Assembly (NCBI GenBank): GCA_944329365.1
Contig: CALVIC010000003.1
Span: forward strand, 8,437 to 72,436
Direction: 5' to 3'
Length of the DNA stretch: 64,000 nt
Source of the DNA: an uncultured Bacilli bacterium
GTDB lineage: Bacteria > Bacillota_I > Bacilli_A > RF39 > UBA660
Position 1 is the first letter of the stretch. Each line of letters opens with the position of its first letter. This document shows positions 46,587 to 57,559 of the stretch, in pieces. The notes under the pieces are model-generated. The model had not been told where the DNA came from. It did not search any database and was given only the letters and a program-made list of their open reading frames with translations. Both the position numbers and the translations under genes were made by a program.

Positions 46587-47462
46587 CTACTCCTTTATAT
46601 TTAATATTTCAAGAATACGGTTTAAATCGGCTTCATTATTAAACGATATTTCAATTTTTTTATCTTTTATTTTAACTTTGGTATCAAGTTTTTCACGCAT
46701 TAGATCTTGAACATAGTCGTATTCGGTATGTTTAGGATGACGGGTGACTTTAACTTTTTTAGGAGCTTCTTCTGTTTTGGTTTCGATATCTCTAACTGTA
46801 AGTTTGCTGTCGACAACTTCATTGGCCATTTTTATTACTTCTTCTTCGTCATCGATTTTAGATAAAGCTCTGGCATGTCCCATGGTTATTTTATTATCCA
46901 TGACCATATCTTGGACTTCGTTTGGAAGTCTTAACAAACCAAGCATATTGGTAATATGGCTACGGCTTTTGCTTACTTTTTTCGCAAGTTCTTCTTGAGT
47001 TAAGTGAAGTTTATCAATTAGGCTTTTATAAGCTTTGGCTTCTTCTAGAGAGTTTAAGTTTTCTCTTTGAAGGTTTTCAAGTAGGGCTATTTCGGCCATT
47101 TTTTCATCACTTAGTTGTCTGATAATAGCTGGGATGGTTTTAAGTCCAGCTATTTTACTAGCTCTAAGTCGTCTCTCACCGGCAATTACATCATATCCTT
47201 TGATACTTTTTTTAACAATTATAGGTTGGAAGACTCCATTTTCTTTAATTGATTCAGCAAGTTCATTTAAGGCATCTTCATCAAAGACGGTTCTTGGCTG
47301 ATAAGGGTTTGGTCTTAATTCGTTTATTGGAATTTCGACTATTTCTTCAGTTTTGACGTCTTCATACATTTTCTTTTCAAAATCACTAACGTTATTAACG
47401 TTTAGGTTTTCTAAGTCAAATAATTGTTCTAATCCTTTTCCTAAAGCTCTTCTACTTTCCAT
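46587..47462 (-). CDS. parB: Chromosome partitioning protein ParB/Spo0J
   Basis: NPYQPRTVFDEDAL, VIAGERRLRASKIAGL and an HTH segment (LTQEELAKKVSKSRSHITN). Confidence 0.9.
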   Translation of the reverse strand: MESRRALGKGLEQLFDLENLNVNNVSDFEKKMYEDVKTEEIVEIPINELRPNPYQPRTVFDEDALNELAESIKENGVFQPIIVKKSIKGYDVIAGERRLRASKIAGLKTIPAIIRQLSDEKMAEIALLENLQRENLNSLEEAKAYKSLIDKLHLTQEELAKKVSKSRSHITNMLGLLRLPNEVQDMVMDNKITMGHARALSKIDDEEEVIKMANEVVDSKLTVRDIETKTEEAPKKVKVTRHPKHTEYDYVQDLMREKLDTKVKIKDKKIEISFNNEADLNRILEILNIKE

Positions 47463-48237
47463 TTCGACTGATCACCTCTTTGGCTAAATTTATATAAGCT
47501 TCGGCCCCACGACTTTTAGGGTCGTAAGCGATTATCGGTTTTCCATGACTAGGAGCTTCAGATAATCTTACTAGTCTTGGAATTATCGTATCATACACTC
47601 TTTCTTTGAAATAACTTTTGATATCTTGAACTACTTCTAGTCCGAGATTAGTTCGGTTATCGAGCATCGTCAGTAAAACTCCTTCAATATCAAGCCCAGG
47701 GTTTAATGTTTTCTGGGCAAGCATAATTGAATTTAACAACTGCATAATTCCTTCGAGGGCAAAAAACTCACATTGAACAGGGATTATGACTGAGTTTGCG
47801 GCTGTTAAGGCATTTGTGGTTAAAATACCTAGTGATGGTGGACAATCAATGATTATATAATCAAAGATGTCCTTGACTGTATCTAAGTTGTTTTTAAGTT
47901 GTTTACTTTTTGAAAATTCAGGGTCTAGACGAGAGTGCTCCATAAGTTCGATATCGACACCCGCTAAACTGATTGTTGCAGGTATGATATAGAGGTTTTT
48001 AAATTTGGTTTTTTTGATAACTTCTTTTATGGTTGCTTCGCCTATAAGCAAGTCATAGATGCTTTTCTTGACGTCACCTTTATCTAAACCTAATCCTGTT
48101 GTTGTATTTCCTTGTGGGTCTAAATCAATAAGTAAAACCTTTTTACCTAGATAGCCTAAAGAAGCCGCAAGATTTATACTTGAGGTTGTTTTACCAACTC
48201 CTCCTTTTTGATTAACAAGTGCGATTATTTTCCCCAT
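47452..48237 (-). CDS. parA: Chromosome partitioning ATPase ParA/Soj
   Basis: NQKGGVGKTTSSINLA is the deviant Walker A. IIIDCPPSLG follows. Confidence 0.9.
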   Translation of the reverse strand: MGKIIALVNQKGGVGKTTSSINLAASLGYLGKKVLLIDLDPQGNTTTGLGLDKGDVKKSIYDLLIGEATIKEVIKKTKFKNLYIIPATISLAGVDIELMEHSRLDPEFSKSKQLKNNLDTVKDIFDYIIIDCPPSLGILTTNALTAANSVIIPVQCEFFALEGIMQLLNSIMLAQKTLNPGLDIEGVLLTMLDNRTNLGLEVVQDIKSYFKERVYDTIIPRLVRLSEAPSHGKPIIAYDPKSRGAEAYINLAKEVISRNGK

Positions 48238-48331
48238 TTTACCACCATATTTCTATTCATTAAAACTATCTATATTTTATCACAATATATGACATAAATC
48301 TATGGAAAATATTTAAGAAGATTAAAAAAGC

Positions 48332-48667
48332 CTAGTTTTTATTTGATTTTTCAAGGCTTTTCATTTGGTCGTATTGTTTATATAGGTACTGAACATGATT
48401 TTCTAGGAAAAAATAGTGACGAACGTAAAAAACTAATATAATGGTTATTAATAAAGTTACAATTGTAAAGATAAAATTGCTTAGGCTAATAATAACCGAT
48501 AAGAATAGAAAGATGCCATAAAACAAGGTAACTAACAGATGAATTAGTCTTTCATGTTTAAAAAATGATATTTTTATTAAATGGTCATCAATATTTTGTT
48601 TGGTTATTTTTTTAGTTTTGATTAAATCGTCAATTTCTTTCGTGTATTCTTCTAAATATTTTCTCAT
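48332..48667 (-). CDS. Small membrane protein
   Basis: 111 aa with two central TM helices. Confidence 0.45.
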   Translation of the reverse strand: MRKYLEEYTKEIDDLIKTKKITKQNIDDHLIKISFFKHERLIHLLVTLFYGIFLFLSVIISLSNFIFTIVTLLITIILVFYVRHYFFLENHVQYLYKQYDQMKSLEKSNKN

Positions 48668-48768
48668 ATTATCACCATTATTATTGTAACACAGAAATGT
48701 AAAATTGATTATTTTAAACTAGTATATTTTTCATTTTAAGTATATAATTAGGGTAGGGGTGATGATAT

Positions 48769-49263
48769 ATGGAAACACTTGAAGCGATTAAGAAAAGGGT
48801 TTCAGTTAGAGGTTATTTGGATAAGCAAATAACAGATGCAGATTTAGATAAGGTTTTGAAGGCCGGGATGCAGGCACCAATTGGTAGGGGAAAGTATTAT
48901 GATATGCATATTACGGTTATTCAAAATAAGGATTTTTTAGAGAAAATCGATAATTTAACTGATAGGCTTATTTTTTATAAAGCACCAACTTTGATTATCG
49001 TTTCAGCACGTGATGATGGTCATGGCCTTGATAAAGAAAATTCAGCTTGCGTGATGGAGAATATGACTTTAGCTGCAACCGATCTTGGTCTTGGTTCAAT
49101 TTACTTAAATTTAGTTATCGGTCTTATTAAAGATAACAAAGATATTTTAAAGGAACTAAATTTGGAAGAAGGTTTTGTTCCAGTTGCTGCTTTGGGTATC
49201 GGTTATACTGATGGTGAATTTGAACCAAAAGATCATATTATTGAAGTTACTTATATTAAATAG
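48769..49263 (+). CDS. Nitroreductase-family protein (paralogue 1)
   Basis: EAIKKRVSVRGY and a nitroreductase-fold length of 164 aa. Confidence 0.7.
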   Translation: METLEAIKKRVSVRGYLDKQITDADLDKVLKAGMQAPIGRGKYYDMHITVIQNKDFLEKIDNLTDRLIFYKAPTLIIVSARDDGHGLDKENSACVMENMTLAATDLGLGSIYLNLVIGLIKDNKDILKELNLEEGFVPVAALGIGYTDGEFEPKDHIIEVTYIK

Positions 49264-49274
49264 GAGGTTTTTTT

Positions 49275-49784
49275 ATGGAAACAAGAGATGTGATTAAAAA
49301 AAGAAATTCAATTAGAAAATTTAAAGATGAAACAATTAATAAAGATGAACTTAGTAAATTATTAGAGGCAGCAGAATGTGCGTCTGTTGGTCATGGATAT
49401 TATGATAAGATGCATTTAACTGTTGTTCAAAATAAAGAAGTATTTGATAAGTTTAACGAAGTTATCAAAGAAGATACTGGTAAAGAGAACAGTTTATTTT
49501 ATAACGCACCAACGTTGATTGTTATGTCAACAAACATCGAAGAAGATTTACTTGCTGGTCAGTGTGTTGGAACAATGGGTGAAAATATGTTACTTATGGC
49601 AACGGATTTAAATTTAGGATGCGTATATATAGATACATTCTTAGAGTCTATTAAGAAAGATGAAAATGCATTAAAATTATTAGATTTACCAGAAGGATTT
49701 AGACCTATTGCTGCTATTGCCGTAGGTTATATGGATATGCCAAGTGTGCCTAAAAATCATAAGATTGAAGTAAATTATATTTAA
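49275..49784 (+). CDS. Nitroreductase-family protein (paralogue 2)
   Basis: DVIKKRNSIRKF. It aligns with the upstream paralogue along its whole length. Confidence 0.7.
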   Translation: METRDVIKKRNSIRKFKDETINKDELSKLLEAAECASVGHGYYDKMHLTVVQNKEVFDKFNEVIKEDTGKENSLFYNAPTLIVMSTNIEEDLLAGQCVGTMGENMLLMATDLNLGCVYIDTFLESIKKDENALKLLDLPEGFRPIAAIAVGYMDMPSVPKNHKIEVNYI

Positions 49785-49827
49785 GCTACCGAAAGGTAAC
49801 TTTTTTTATAAAAAAATAAATCAGATT

Positions 49828-51852
49828 TTATTGTTCTGATTTATTTTCTTTTTTAGGTCTTCTTTTTTTCTTTTGTAGTGAACTTATTAATTCTTCTTTA
49901 GTCATTTCTTCATAGTTTTCAATGCCTTTTTCTTTAGCTTTGGTTTGTAACTCATCTAATGATAAATCTTCTAATTTAGGAGCTTTACCAAAAGCCTCAT
50001 CAGAAGTTAAAGCTTCATCTGGCATATGACCATTTTTAACTAAATAATCAATTTGTTCTTTAGTAATTGTTTCATACTCTAGAAGGGTTTCAGCTATTAA
50101 TTTTAACAAGTCCATGTTTTCACTAATTATTTTTTTAGCTACTTCGTATTGTTTGTTGATTATTTTACGAACTTCTTCATCTATTTGTTTAGCAACTTCA
50201 TGAGAGAAGTTTTGAGTTTTATTATAGTCCCTACCTAAGAAGACACTAGATTCACGTTCTTCAAATTGGATTGGGCCTAAGTCACTCATTCCATATTCAG
50301 TAACCATGGCTCTAGCAATTTTAGTTGCTTTTTCAAAGTCATCAGAAGCACCTGTAGTTATATCTTTGAAGACTATTTCTTCGGCAACACGTCCTCCTAA
50401 GAATCCACTTATTGAATCAAGTAATTGCTCTTTAGTTTGTAAATAAGTTTCTTCTTTTGGAAGCATCAAGTTATATCCACCAGCACGACCACGTGGAATA
50501 ATTGTAATTTTTTGAACGTCATTAGCACCTTCTAGTTTAAGCCCAACAACAGCGTGTCCTGCTTCATGGAAGGCAACTGTACGTTTTTCTTTCTCGGTAT
50601 ATTTGTGACTCTTCTTAGCAGGTCCCATTAGAACTCTATCGTGAGCTTCGTCTATTTCAGCCATACCGATGGCATTTTTATTACGTCTTACAGCTAAGAG
50701 GGCAGCTTCATTAAGTAGGTTTTCAAGGTCAGCACCACTAAATCCAACTGTTCTTTTAGCAATGTTTTTAAGGGTAACTCCATCTTCGAATTTTTTATCT
50801 TTGGCGTGAACGCTTAAGATTTCTTCTCTTCCTTTGGCATCAGGATAGTTAACTGTTACTTGTCTATCGAAACGACCAGGACGAAGAAGAGCTGGGTCTA
50901 AGACATCAGGACGGTTTGTTGCTGCGATAATGATAATTCCCTCATTAGCTCCAAATCCATCCATTTCGGTTAGTAATTGGTTTAATGTTTGTTCACGTTC
51001 ATCATGACCTCCACCAAGGCCAGCTCCTCTTTGACGACCAACGGCATCAATTTCATCGATAAAGATTAAGCAAGGAGCGCTTTGTTTTGCTTGTTTGAAC
51101 ATATCACGTACACGTGAGGCTCCAACTCCGACGAATAATTCAACGAATTCAGAACCACTGATGAAGTAAAATGGAACGTTAGCTTCACCAGCAACGGCTT
51201 TGGCAAGTAATGTTTTACCTGTTCCTGGAGGCCCAACTAATAAGACACCTTTTGGAATTCTAGCTCCCATTTTTTGGAATTTCTTAGGGTTCTTTAAGAA
51301 GTCAATTAGTTCTTCCATTTCTTCTTTTTCTTCATCTAATCCAGCAACATCTTTAAATGTTACTTTTTTACCACCTGTACTTAGGCGGGCTTTAGAACGA
51401 CCGAAGTCAAATGATTTATTACCGCCACCCATTTGTTTAGTGATAAAGTAAAATGCTAGTCCAATTAATAATAGGGTTGGTAAAACATTTATTAGGAACA
51501 ATAAGAATACACTAGATCCTGGGTCAACGGCTGTATTTAAAGTAAAGTTACTTTCTTCTTCAGCGTCTAATAATTTTACCATTGTTTCATTGGTTAGTGG
51601 CATATTGAAACTAAATGATTCGTTTTTATCATAATCTTTTAAGGTACCAGAAATGTTATAAACGCTTTCTCTACTTCTTGGCGTTACAACGATTTCTTCA
51701 ACTTCTTTATTGGCCACTTTATCCATGAACTCACCATAAGTCATTTCATGAACTGTTTGGTTCATTGTACCAACGGCAATCATGATGGCAATTAAGAAAA
51801 TGAATAGTAGGGCATAAGATATTAATCCTCTTTTTACAACTTTTTTATTCAT
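49828..51852 (-). CDS. ftsH: ATP-dependent zinc metalloprotease FtsH
   Basis: [27 protein letters not shown] and the HEAGHAVVG zinc motif. Confidence 0.97.
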   Translation of the reverse strand: MNKKVVKRGLISYALLFIFLIAIMIAVGTMNQTVHEMTYGEFMDKVANKEVEEIVVTPRSRESVYNISGTLKDYDKNESFSFNMPLTNETMVKLLDAEEESNFTLNTAVDPGSSVFLLFLINVLPTLLLIGLAFYFITKQMGGGNKSFDFGRSKARLSTGGKKVTFKDVAGLDEEKEEMEELIDFLKNPKKFQKMGARIPKGVLLVGPPGTGKTLLAKAVAGEANVPFYFISGSEFVELFVGVGASRVRDMFKQAKQSAPCLIFIDEIDAVGRQRGAGLGGGHDEREQTLNQLLTEMDGFGANEGIIIIAATNRPDVLDPALLRPGRFDRQVTVNYPDAKGREEILSVHAKDKKFEDGVTLKNIAKRTVGFSGADLENLLNEAALLAVRRNKNAIGMAEIDEAHDRVLMGPAKKSHKYTEKEKRTVAFHEAGHAVVGLKLEGANDVQKITIIPRGRAGGYNLMLPKEETYLQTKEQLLDSISGFLGGRVAEEIVFKDITTGASDDFEKATKIARAMVTEYGMSDLGPIQFEERESSVFLGRDYNKTQNFSHEVAKQIDEEVRKIINKQYEVAKKIISENMDLLKLIAETLLEYETITKEQIDYLVKNGHMPDEALTSDEAFGKAPKLEDLSLDELQTKAKEKGIENYEEMTKEELISSLQKKKRRPKKENKSEQ

Positions 51853-51866
51853 TAAAAACTTCCTTT

Positions 51867-53210
51867 CTAACGATACCTAATTATTATATCATAGTTTTCG
51901 TGTTTTTGTTTATCAAATTTAGATTTTTTAAGGCCCGGAAGCCAAATTATTTGGTTATTTTGATCAGTTAGGATTGGCCAGCTATTTCTAGCTGTTTCAG
52001 AAATTTTTTCATTGATAAAAATATCTTTGATTTTTTTGTGGCCATTTAGGTTTTTTATTTCCATTTTATCACCGTTTTGTCTAGTTCTAACTATAAGGGG
52101 CAGAGAGAGTTCTTTGGAGTTTAATCTTATTGTATAGTTAGATGTATCTTCCGTTTCTTCTTTAATTAAAATTTTATCGTTTGGAAGAATTACTTTGTCT
52201 TCAAAAGTAAAACTATATGGTTTTATTTCGGTGTTTTGAGTAAAGTATAAATTTTGATAATTTTTAATTACCAACACTTTACTTGGTAAGTTTATTTTTA
52301 AGTTTGGTCTTGAACTTTCAATAATATTTAAAATAAGTTCGACGTGATTATCGGTAATTAATGAGATATTTTTATAGTATAGATTGTTTAAAATTTGATA
52401 TAGGATCTTTCTTTTTATAAGTTCATCTTCGTTTTCAAACAATTTTAAGTTTAAATTATTGTTTTGATAAACTTTATTTAACTTTTCGTTTGCTTCTTTA
52501 TTTATATGATCATCATATAGTTTTAGGGTTTCACTGAATTTTAAGAATTTTAGATGAACTGATTTGTTTTCTTTTTTTAAAATAGGTAAGATATTTAAAC
52601 GATAACGATTACGAGTATATTCTTCACTAAAGTTAGTTTTATCAACAGCGTATGGAATATTATTTGTTTTTACGTAATTTAATAATTCGTCTTTGGTTTT
52701 AGTAATTAGAGGCCGATATATTTTATAGGTTTCTTTATCAGTTATTTCTTGGAATCCAGAGTATCCTTTTAGACTAGATCCTCTGACTATTCTCATTAGA
52801 ATAGTTTCGGTTAGGTCATCACCATGATGAGCGGTTAATAGATAAGTGGCATTATATTTTTTTATTAATTTTTCAAAAAAATTATACCTTTGCGTGCGAG
52901 CATAGTTTTCAGTATTTCCCTTATAATGGTTTATTTCCATTTTTTCAAAGATCAAATTATTTTCATTCGCATATTTTTCAACCATTATAGCTTCTTCTTG
53001 GCTTTCTTTTCTTAAGTTATGGTTAACATGGGCACAGATGATGGTTATTTTTTTGGTTTTCGAAAGTTTAATTAGTAAACTAAGTAGGGCCATAGAATCA
53101 GGTCCACCCGAAGTGGCAGTAATTAGTGTTTCGTTTTCTTTTAAGGTTTTATCTAGTTTTTTTAAAATATCATCCAAATTAATCACCCCATTTAATAGGT
53201 TTAATACCAT
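51867..53210 (-). CDS. tilS: tRNA(Ile)-lysidine synthase TilS (start uncertain)
   Basis: The SGGPDSMALL PP-loop. The track start overlaps ung by 32 nt. GTG at 53186 or TTG at 53177 are alternative starts. Confidence 0.85.
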   Translation of the reverse strand: MVLNLLNGVINLDDILKKLDKTLKENETLITATSGGPDSMALLSLLIKLSKTKKITIICAHVNHNLRKESQEEAIMVEKYANENNLIFEKMEINHYKGNTENYARTQRYNFFEKLIKKYNATYLLTAHHGDDLTETILMRIVRGSSLKGYSGFQEITDKETYKIYRPLITKTKDELLNYVKTNNIPYAVDKTNFSEEYTRNRYRLNILPILKKENKSVHLKFLKFSETLKLYDDHINKEANEKLNKVYQNNNLNLKLFENEDELIKRKILYQILNNLYYKNISLITDNHVELILNIIESSRPNLKINLPSKVLVIKNYQNLYFTQNTEIKPYSFTFEDKVILPNDKILIKEETEDTSNYTIRLNSKELSLPLIVRTRQNGDKMEIKNLNGHKKIKDIFINEKISETARNSWPILTDQNNQIIWLPGLKKSKFDKQKHENYDIIIRYR

Positions 53211-53835
53211 GACTTACTAAGAAATTATTAGCTTTAGAGAATGGTTTACTGCCAAAGAACCCACGACTTGCGGATAGTGGGGAAGGGTGGGCACTTTCAA
53301 TGATGTAGTGATTTGGGTTAGTAATTAGGACTTTTTTACTTCGGGCATAGCTTCCCCACAATATAAAGACAATAGGCTTTTCTCTTTTATTTAAAAGTTT
53401 AATTACATCATCAGTAAATGTTTCCCAGCCTTTTCCTTTGTGAGAAAGCGGGGTATCTTTGACAACCGTCATTATAGAATTTAATAAGAATACTCCTTGT
53501 TTGGCCCAGTCAGTTAAGGTATTGTTTGTTCTGGTGACGCCGAGATCACTTTTTATTTCTTTAAATATATTATCAAGTGATGGTGGTCTTCTAACTCCTG
53601 GTTCAACAGAGAACGATAGGCCATGAGCTTCACCTTCACCGTGATACGGATCTTGACCTAGGATAACGACTTTTACTTCATCATAGTCGGTATATCTAAA
53701 GGCATTAAAAATATTTTTATACTGTGGATAAACTGTTTTATGCCCATATTCGTTTTTTACAAAGATTCCAAGTTCTTTAAAGTATGGTTTTCTCATTTCG
53801 TCTTTTAAGACTATATCCCATTTTTTATTAATCAT
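53179..53835 (-). CDS. ung: Family-1 uracil-DNA glycosylase
   Basis: VVILGQDPYHG, GVFLLN and AHPSPLSA motifs. Confidence 0.95.
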   Translation of the reverse strand: MINKKWDIVLKDEMRKPYFKELGIFVKNEYGHKTVYPQYKNIFNAFRYTDYDEVKVVILGQDPYHGEGEAHGLSFSVEPGVRRPPSLDNIFKEIKSDLGVTRTNNTLTDWAKQGVFLLNSIMTVVKDTPLSHKGKGWETFTDDVIKLLNKREKPIVFILWGSYARSKKVLITNPNHYIIESAHPSPLSASRGFFGSKPFSKANNFLVSHGIKPIKWGD

Positions 53836-53937
53836 TATAAATATCTCCTTCGGCTATATTTTAACATATTTTTAGGAAAAGTTTATAAAAATTATACTGT
53901 GGAAATAAAAAAAACTTAAGTTTCAATTTACTCAAGT

Positions 53938-54735
53938 TTAAAAATACATGTGGAATAGAGTAATACTGGGGATAACTCCAAATCTAGCGGGAATTCTAGT
54001 TGTACCAATACCTGAATTTACATATAATTTTCCGGCTTTGGTATTATAAAAGTCTTTGACATATTTAAATGAATGGTGGGAATTTTTTAAGAATTTGGTT
54101 ATAAAGATTGGAATAAAGTATAAAAATATTTGACCACCATGACTATGGCCGCTTAATATTAAATCATATTTTCCGTTTATTTTATCGACGGCTTCAGGTT
54201 CATGTGATAATAGTATTTTATAATCAGATTTTACTTCTGGAAGATTTAGTTTAGGATTATATTCTATATCGGGAAGACCAATAAAGGAAATAGTTTTATT
54301 ATAAACGGTTACCTTTTTTTCACTATTTTCTAGAAGAGTAAATCCTGACTGTTTCATAATATTTAAATATGTATTATAGTTACCATCAAAATAATCGTGA
54401 TTACCAGAGACTGCTAATTTAGTTCCCGCTTTAATTTGTTTTAATAAGTTTATAAGATTTTGATCATCGTGATATTTTGAATAATTATCATATAAGTCAC
54501 CGGTAAAGATAACGACATCGGGATCTTGCTCATTTATTTTATCGATTATTTTCTTTAAGTGGTCTAAATTAAAATGCTTTTTAATGTGGATATCTGATAA
54601 GTGGAGTATTTTTAATTCATTATTTGTCTTTTTATTTAAATCAAAGTTTCTAACTTGTAACAAGTATGGTTCAATAAAAAATGAATAGATTAAAAAGATT
54701 ACAATTAAAACGACTATTATATATATTATAATCAT
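53938..54735 (-). CDS. Membrane-anchored metallophosphoesterase (YkuE/YaeI-like)
   Basis: HLSDIHI, GDLYD, SGNHDY and SGHSHGGQ motifs. Confidence 0.8.
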   Translation of the reverse strand: MIIIYIIVVLIVIFLIYSFFIEPYLLQVRNFDLNKKTNNELKILHLSDIHIKKHFNLDHLKKIIDKINEQDPDVVIFTGDLYDNYSKYHDDQNLINLLKQIKAGTKLAVSGNHDYFDGNYNTYLNIMKQSGFTLLENSEKKVTVYNKTISFIGLPDIEYNPKLNLPEVKSDYKILLSHEPEAVDKINGKYDLILSGHSHGGQIFLYFIPIFITKFLKNSHHSFKYVKDFYNTKAGKLYVNSGIGTTRIPARFGVIPSITLFHMYF

Positions 54736-55565
54736 TTATCTTCCTCCAAGTTATTCGCAATATCGACAAAAATTTCTAAAGGGAGAGCTTCGGCTCTGAC
54801 AGTCAAATCTAATTTATATTTTGATAATGTTTTAGATATGTTTTCCAAATCGTATCCTTTTAAATTATTTCTTAAGTTTTTTCTTTTTTGTTTAAAAGAG
54901 TCTTTTATTAATTTAAAGAATAGTTCTTCGTTATTTACTTTTAGTTTGTCCACTTTTTTAGTAAAACATACTACAATACTATCGACATTTGGTTTTGGCA
55001 TAAAGACATTACGGCTAACATCTAATATTTTAGTTATATTAAAGTAATAACTTAGGAATACAGATAGGGAATTATATTCTTTGGTTTTAGGTTTTGCTTT
55101 AAAACGGTCGCCAACTTCTTTTTGGACCATAACAACTATTTTATCAAAGTCTATTTTTGTATCAATTAGCTTGATTATAATCGGAGTTGTGATATAATAG
55201 GGCAAATTTGCGATGACGTATAACTTTTTATAGTTATATTTTTTTATATCTTCAGCTATATCGCGCTTTAAAAAATCTTCAAAAATTACTTCGGTGTTTG
55301 AAGTGATGTTTTTCTCTAGAATTGGTTTTAAAGTTTCATCTATTTCATAGGCGATGACATTTTTGGCATATTTACCAAGTTCGGATGTTAAAGAGCCGGC
55401 TCCTGGACCGATTTCGATGACTAGGGTTTCATCATCAATTTCAGATTTAACGATTATACTGTGGATTATGTTTTTGTCCACAATGAAGTTTTGTCCATAT
55501 TTTTTCTTGAAATTAAAGTGATTTTCTTCTATTTCTTGTTTCATTTTTGAGTTTAAGTATTCCAT
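54732..55565 (-). CDS. rsmA: 16S rRNA (adenine1518/1519-N6)-dimethyltransferase RsmA/KsgA
   Basis: YGQNFIVDKNII, IEIGPGAGSLT and ANLPYYITTPI motifs. Confidence 0.95.
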   Translation of the reverse strand: MEYLNSKMKQEIEENHFNFKKKYGQNFIVDKNIIHSIIVKSEIDDETLVIEIGPGAGSLTSELGKYAKNVIAYEIDETLKPILEKNITSNTEVIFEDFLKRDIAEDIKKYNYKKLYVIANLPYYITTPIIIKLIDTKIDFDKIVVMVQKEVGDRFKAKPKTKEYNSLSVFLSYYFNITKILDVSRNVFMPKPNVDSIVVCFTKKVDKLKVNNEELFFKLIKDSFKQKRKNLRNNLKGYDLENISKTLSKYKLDLTVRAEALPLEIFVDIANNLEEDK

Positions 55566-55583
55566 ATTGCGCCTCCTTCTTTC

Positions 55584-55611
55584 ATTATACTAAAATGAGA
55601 AGAAATGTCCA
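55584..55611 (-). promoter_or_regulatory. Sigma-A-type promoter of rsmA
   Basis: Minus strand reads TGGACA, a 16-nt spacer, then TATAAT. The GGAGG RBS lies downstream. Confidence 0.4.
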
Positions 55612-55781
55612 GAAATATTTTTTGCTGTGGAAAAGTAGATAAAGTGAATTGCGAAAAATTGATGTTTGCCTTTGAAAATAAAGGAAAAAGTTTAATTTGG
55701 GCATTCTGAAGATACAATTTGAATATTAAAATGATTTTTGATTTAAATTTTTTTACTGTGGAAAAACCAAAATTGTGGATT

Positions 55782-55804
55782 AAAAAAGAAGCTAAAGCAG
55801 CTTC
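55782..55804 (-). terminator. Rho-independent terminator of the two-component operon
   Basis: GAAGCT (55788-55793) pairs with AGCTTC (55799-55804). A T6 run follows on the minus strand. Confidence 0.6.
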
Positions 55805-55814
55805 CTAATGTATT

Positions 55815-56897
55815 TTATTTTGGCAATGTAATTTTAAAGGTTGTCTTATTATTCTCGCTTTGAACTGTAATGGTTCCTCCATGGAGAGTAATTATTTCTT
55901 TAGCAATAGCAAGGCCTAGTCCAGTTCCACCTTTCTTGCTATTTCTAGATGAATCGGCCCGGTAAAATTTTTCAAATATTTTATTTAAATCTTCTTTAGA
56001 AATAGTGTCTCCTTGATTAGTTATCTCAGTTATGATATTTTTTTCTGTCTCTTTTGTATTAATGGTTATCTCAGTGTTTTTATAACTATAGTTAATCGCA
56101 TTTTTTATAACGTTATTAAAGGCTCTGGCGAGTTTATCAGAATCGCCGATGATTTTTAAATTTTCCTTATGGTGGAAAAGAATTTTTTTATTTTGTTTTT
56201 TTAGGGCTGGATAGAACTCATCGATGATTTGGTCTAGTAACATGGTTAAATTTATTTTTTCTTTGTTTATTTCAATGGTATGGGAATTATATTTAGTGAT
56301 TTCAAATAGTTCGTTAACTAAGTCTTCAAGTTTATATGATTTGTTTAGGGCAATAGAGGCAAACTTTTTTTGTTGTTTTGGGCTTAGGGTATCTTCGTCT
56401 TTTAATATTGAAAGATAACCGATTACAGAGGTTAGGGGAGTTTTGATATCATGGGCTAAATAGACAATTAGGTCATTTTTCTTTTGTTCGTTTTCTTTGG
56501 CAAGTTTGAGGTTTTTCTGAGATTCTTTTTTAAGGTTATTCATTTTTATTTCAACTTCTTTTAAATCTTGTGGAAGAGATACTTCTTTATCATTTTCTTC
56601 AATAAGGAGACTACTTTGGTCTATGATTTGATCGATATAGGAAAGCGATTTCATAAGAAGATAGATAAAGATGATAACTATACCTATTAGGTAGAGAAAG
56701 AACATAATTGTTTGGTTATAAGCGATGCTTGTCAAAAGAAGATATGTTTCATCATTTGGATACCAGGTTGTATACTGCGCGAGGCGGTAGAGAAGGTAGT
56801 ATAGGGTAAAGAACGATACTGTATAGATTACTGAGATAATAAATAGTTTTTTAATAAATTTAACGGTTAATTTTTTAGAGTATTTATTCGATTTCAT
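55815..56897 (-). CDS. Sensor histidine kinase (VanS/EnvZ-type)
   Basis: Two TM helices. H-box LAHDIKTPLTSVIGY, N-box NVIKNAINYS, G-box GGTGLGLAIAKEI. ATG at 56897 is preferred and overlaps the response-regulator stop by 14 nt. Confidence 0.85.
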   Translation of the reverse strand: MKSNKYSKKLTVKFIKKLFIISVIYTVSFFTLYYLLYRLAQYTTWYPNDETYLLLTSIAYNQTIMFFLYLIGIVIIFIYLLMKSLSYIDQIIDQSSLLIEENDKEVSLPQDLKEVEIKMNNLKKESQKNLKLAKENEQKKNDLIVYLAHDIKTPLTSVIGYLSILKDEDTLSPKQQKKFASIALNKSYKLEDLVNELFEITKYNSHTIEINKEKINLTMLLDQIIDEFYPALKKQNKKILFHHKENLKIIGDSDKLARAFNNVIKNAINYSYKNTEITINTKETEKNIITEITNQGDTISKEDLNKIFEKFYRADSSRNSKKGGTGLGLAIAKEIITLHGGTITVQSENNKTTFKITLPK

Positions 56898-57555
56898 AGC
56901 CGACCCCCCAAATTGTTTTGATATAGTAGTCATTTTTCTTATTTAGTTTTTCTCTTAGGTGTCTTATATGAACCATAATGGTATTATTACTTGCCGGAAT
57001 ATATGGTTCGTGCCAAACTTCTTCAAATAGTTTTTCGGTTTTAACGACTGTTCCTTTATGTTTAGCTAAAATCAGTAAAATAGAAAATTCCGTCGGTGTT
57101 AGGTTAATGGTTTGGTCTTTAATCGTTACGGTATGGTTTTGCGGATTAATTATTAAATCTTTGATAACGATTATTTCTTCTTTCGGATTATTGTAACTTG
57201 TGAATCTTCTTAACTGAGCTTTTACACGGGCAACTAATTCAAGCGGTTCGAATGGTTTAGTTATATAGTCATCGGCACCTTTGGTAAGGCCTGTTATCTT
57301 ATCAATTTTTTGAACTTTAGCAGTTACCATGATAATAGGAAAGTTATATTGTTTTCTAATTGTTTCACATAAAGTAAATCCATCGATATCTGGCATCATA
57401 ACGTCTAAGATGGCCAAAGATATTTGTCTTTTTTCAAGTATTTTTAAGGCGTCTTTACCATTATAAGCTTTATAGACGTGATAACCATTAGTGGTTAGGT
57501 AGAGTTCAATTAAATCAGCGATTTCGATTTCATCATCGACAACTAAGATGTTCAT
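56884..57555 (-). CDS. OmpR/PhoB-family response regulator (VanR-like)
   Basis: ILVVDDE, AILDVMMPDIDG, MVTAK and a winged-helix C-terminus ending WGVGYEIE. Confidence 0.9.
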   Translation of the reverse strand: MNILVVDDEIEIADLIELYLTTNGYHVYKAYNGKDALKILEKRQISLAILDVMMPDIDGFTLCETIRKQYNFPIIMVTAKVQKIDKITGLTKGADDYITKPFEPLELVARVKAQLRRFTSYNNPKEEIIVIKDLIINPQNHTVTIKDQTINLTPTEFSILLILAKHKGTVVKTEKLFEEVWHEPYIPASNNTIMVHIRHLREKLNKKNDYYIKTIWGVGYEIE

Positions 57556-57559
57556 AATA

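Noticed and set aside
46587-48237. A parS site (TGTTNCACGTGAAACA-type) in or around parB/parA
   Set aside because: I scanned the parAB region by eye and found no good match. The nearest matches (for example tttttcacgcat near 46690) have too many mismatches. A computational scan is needed.
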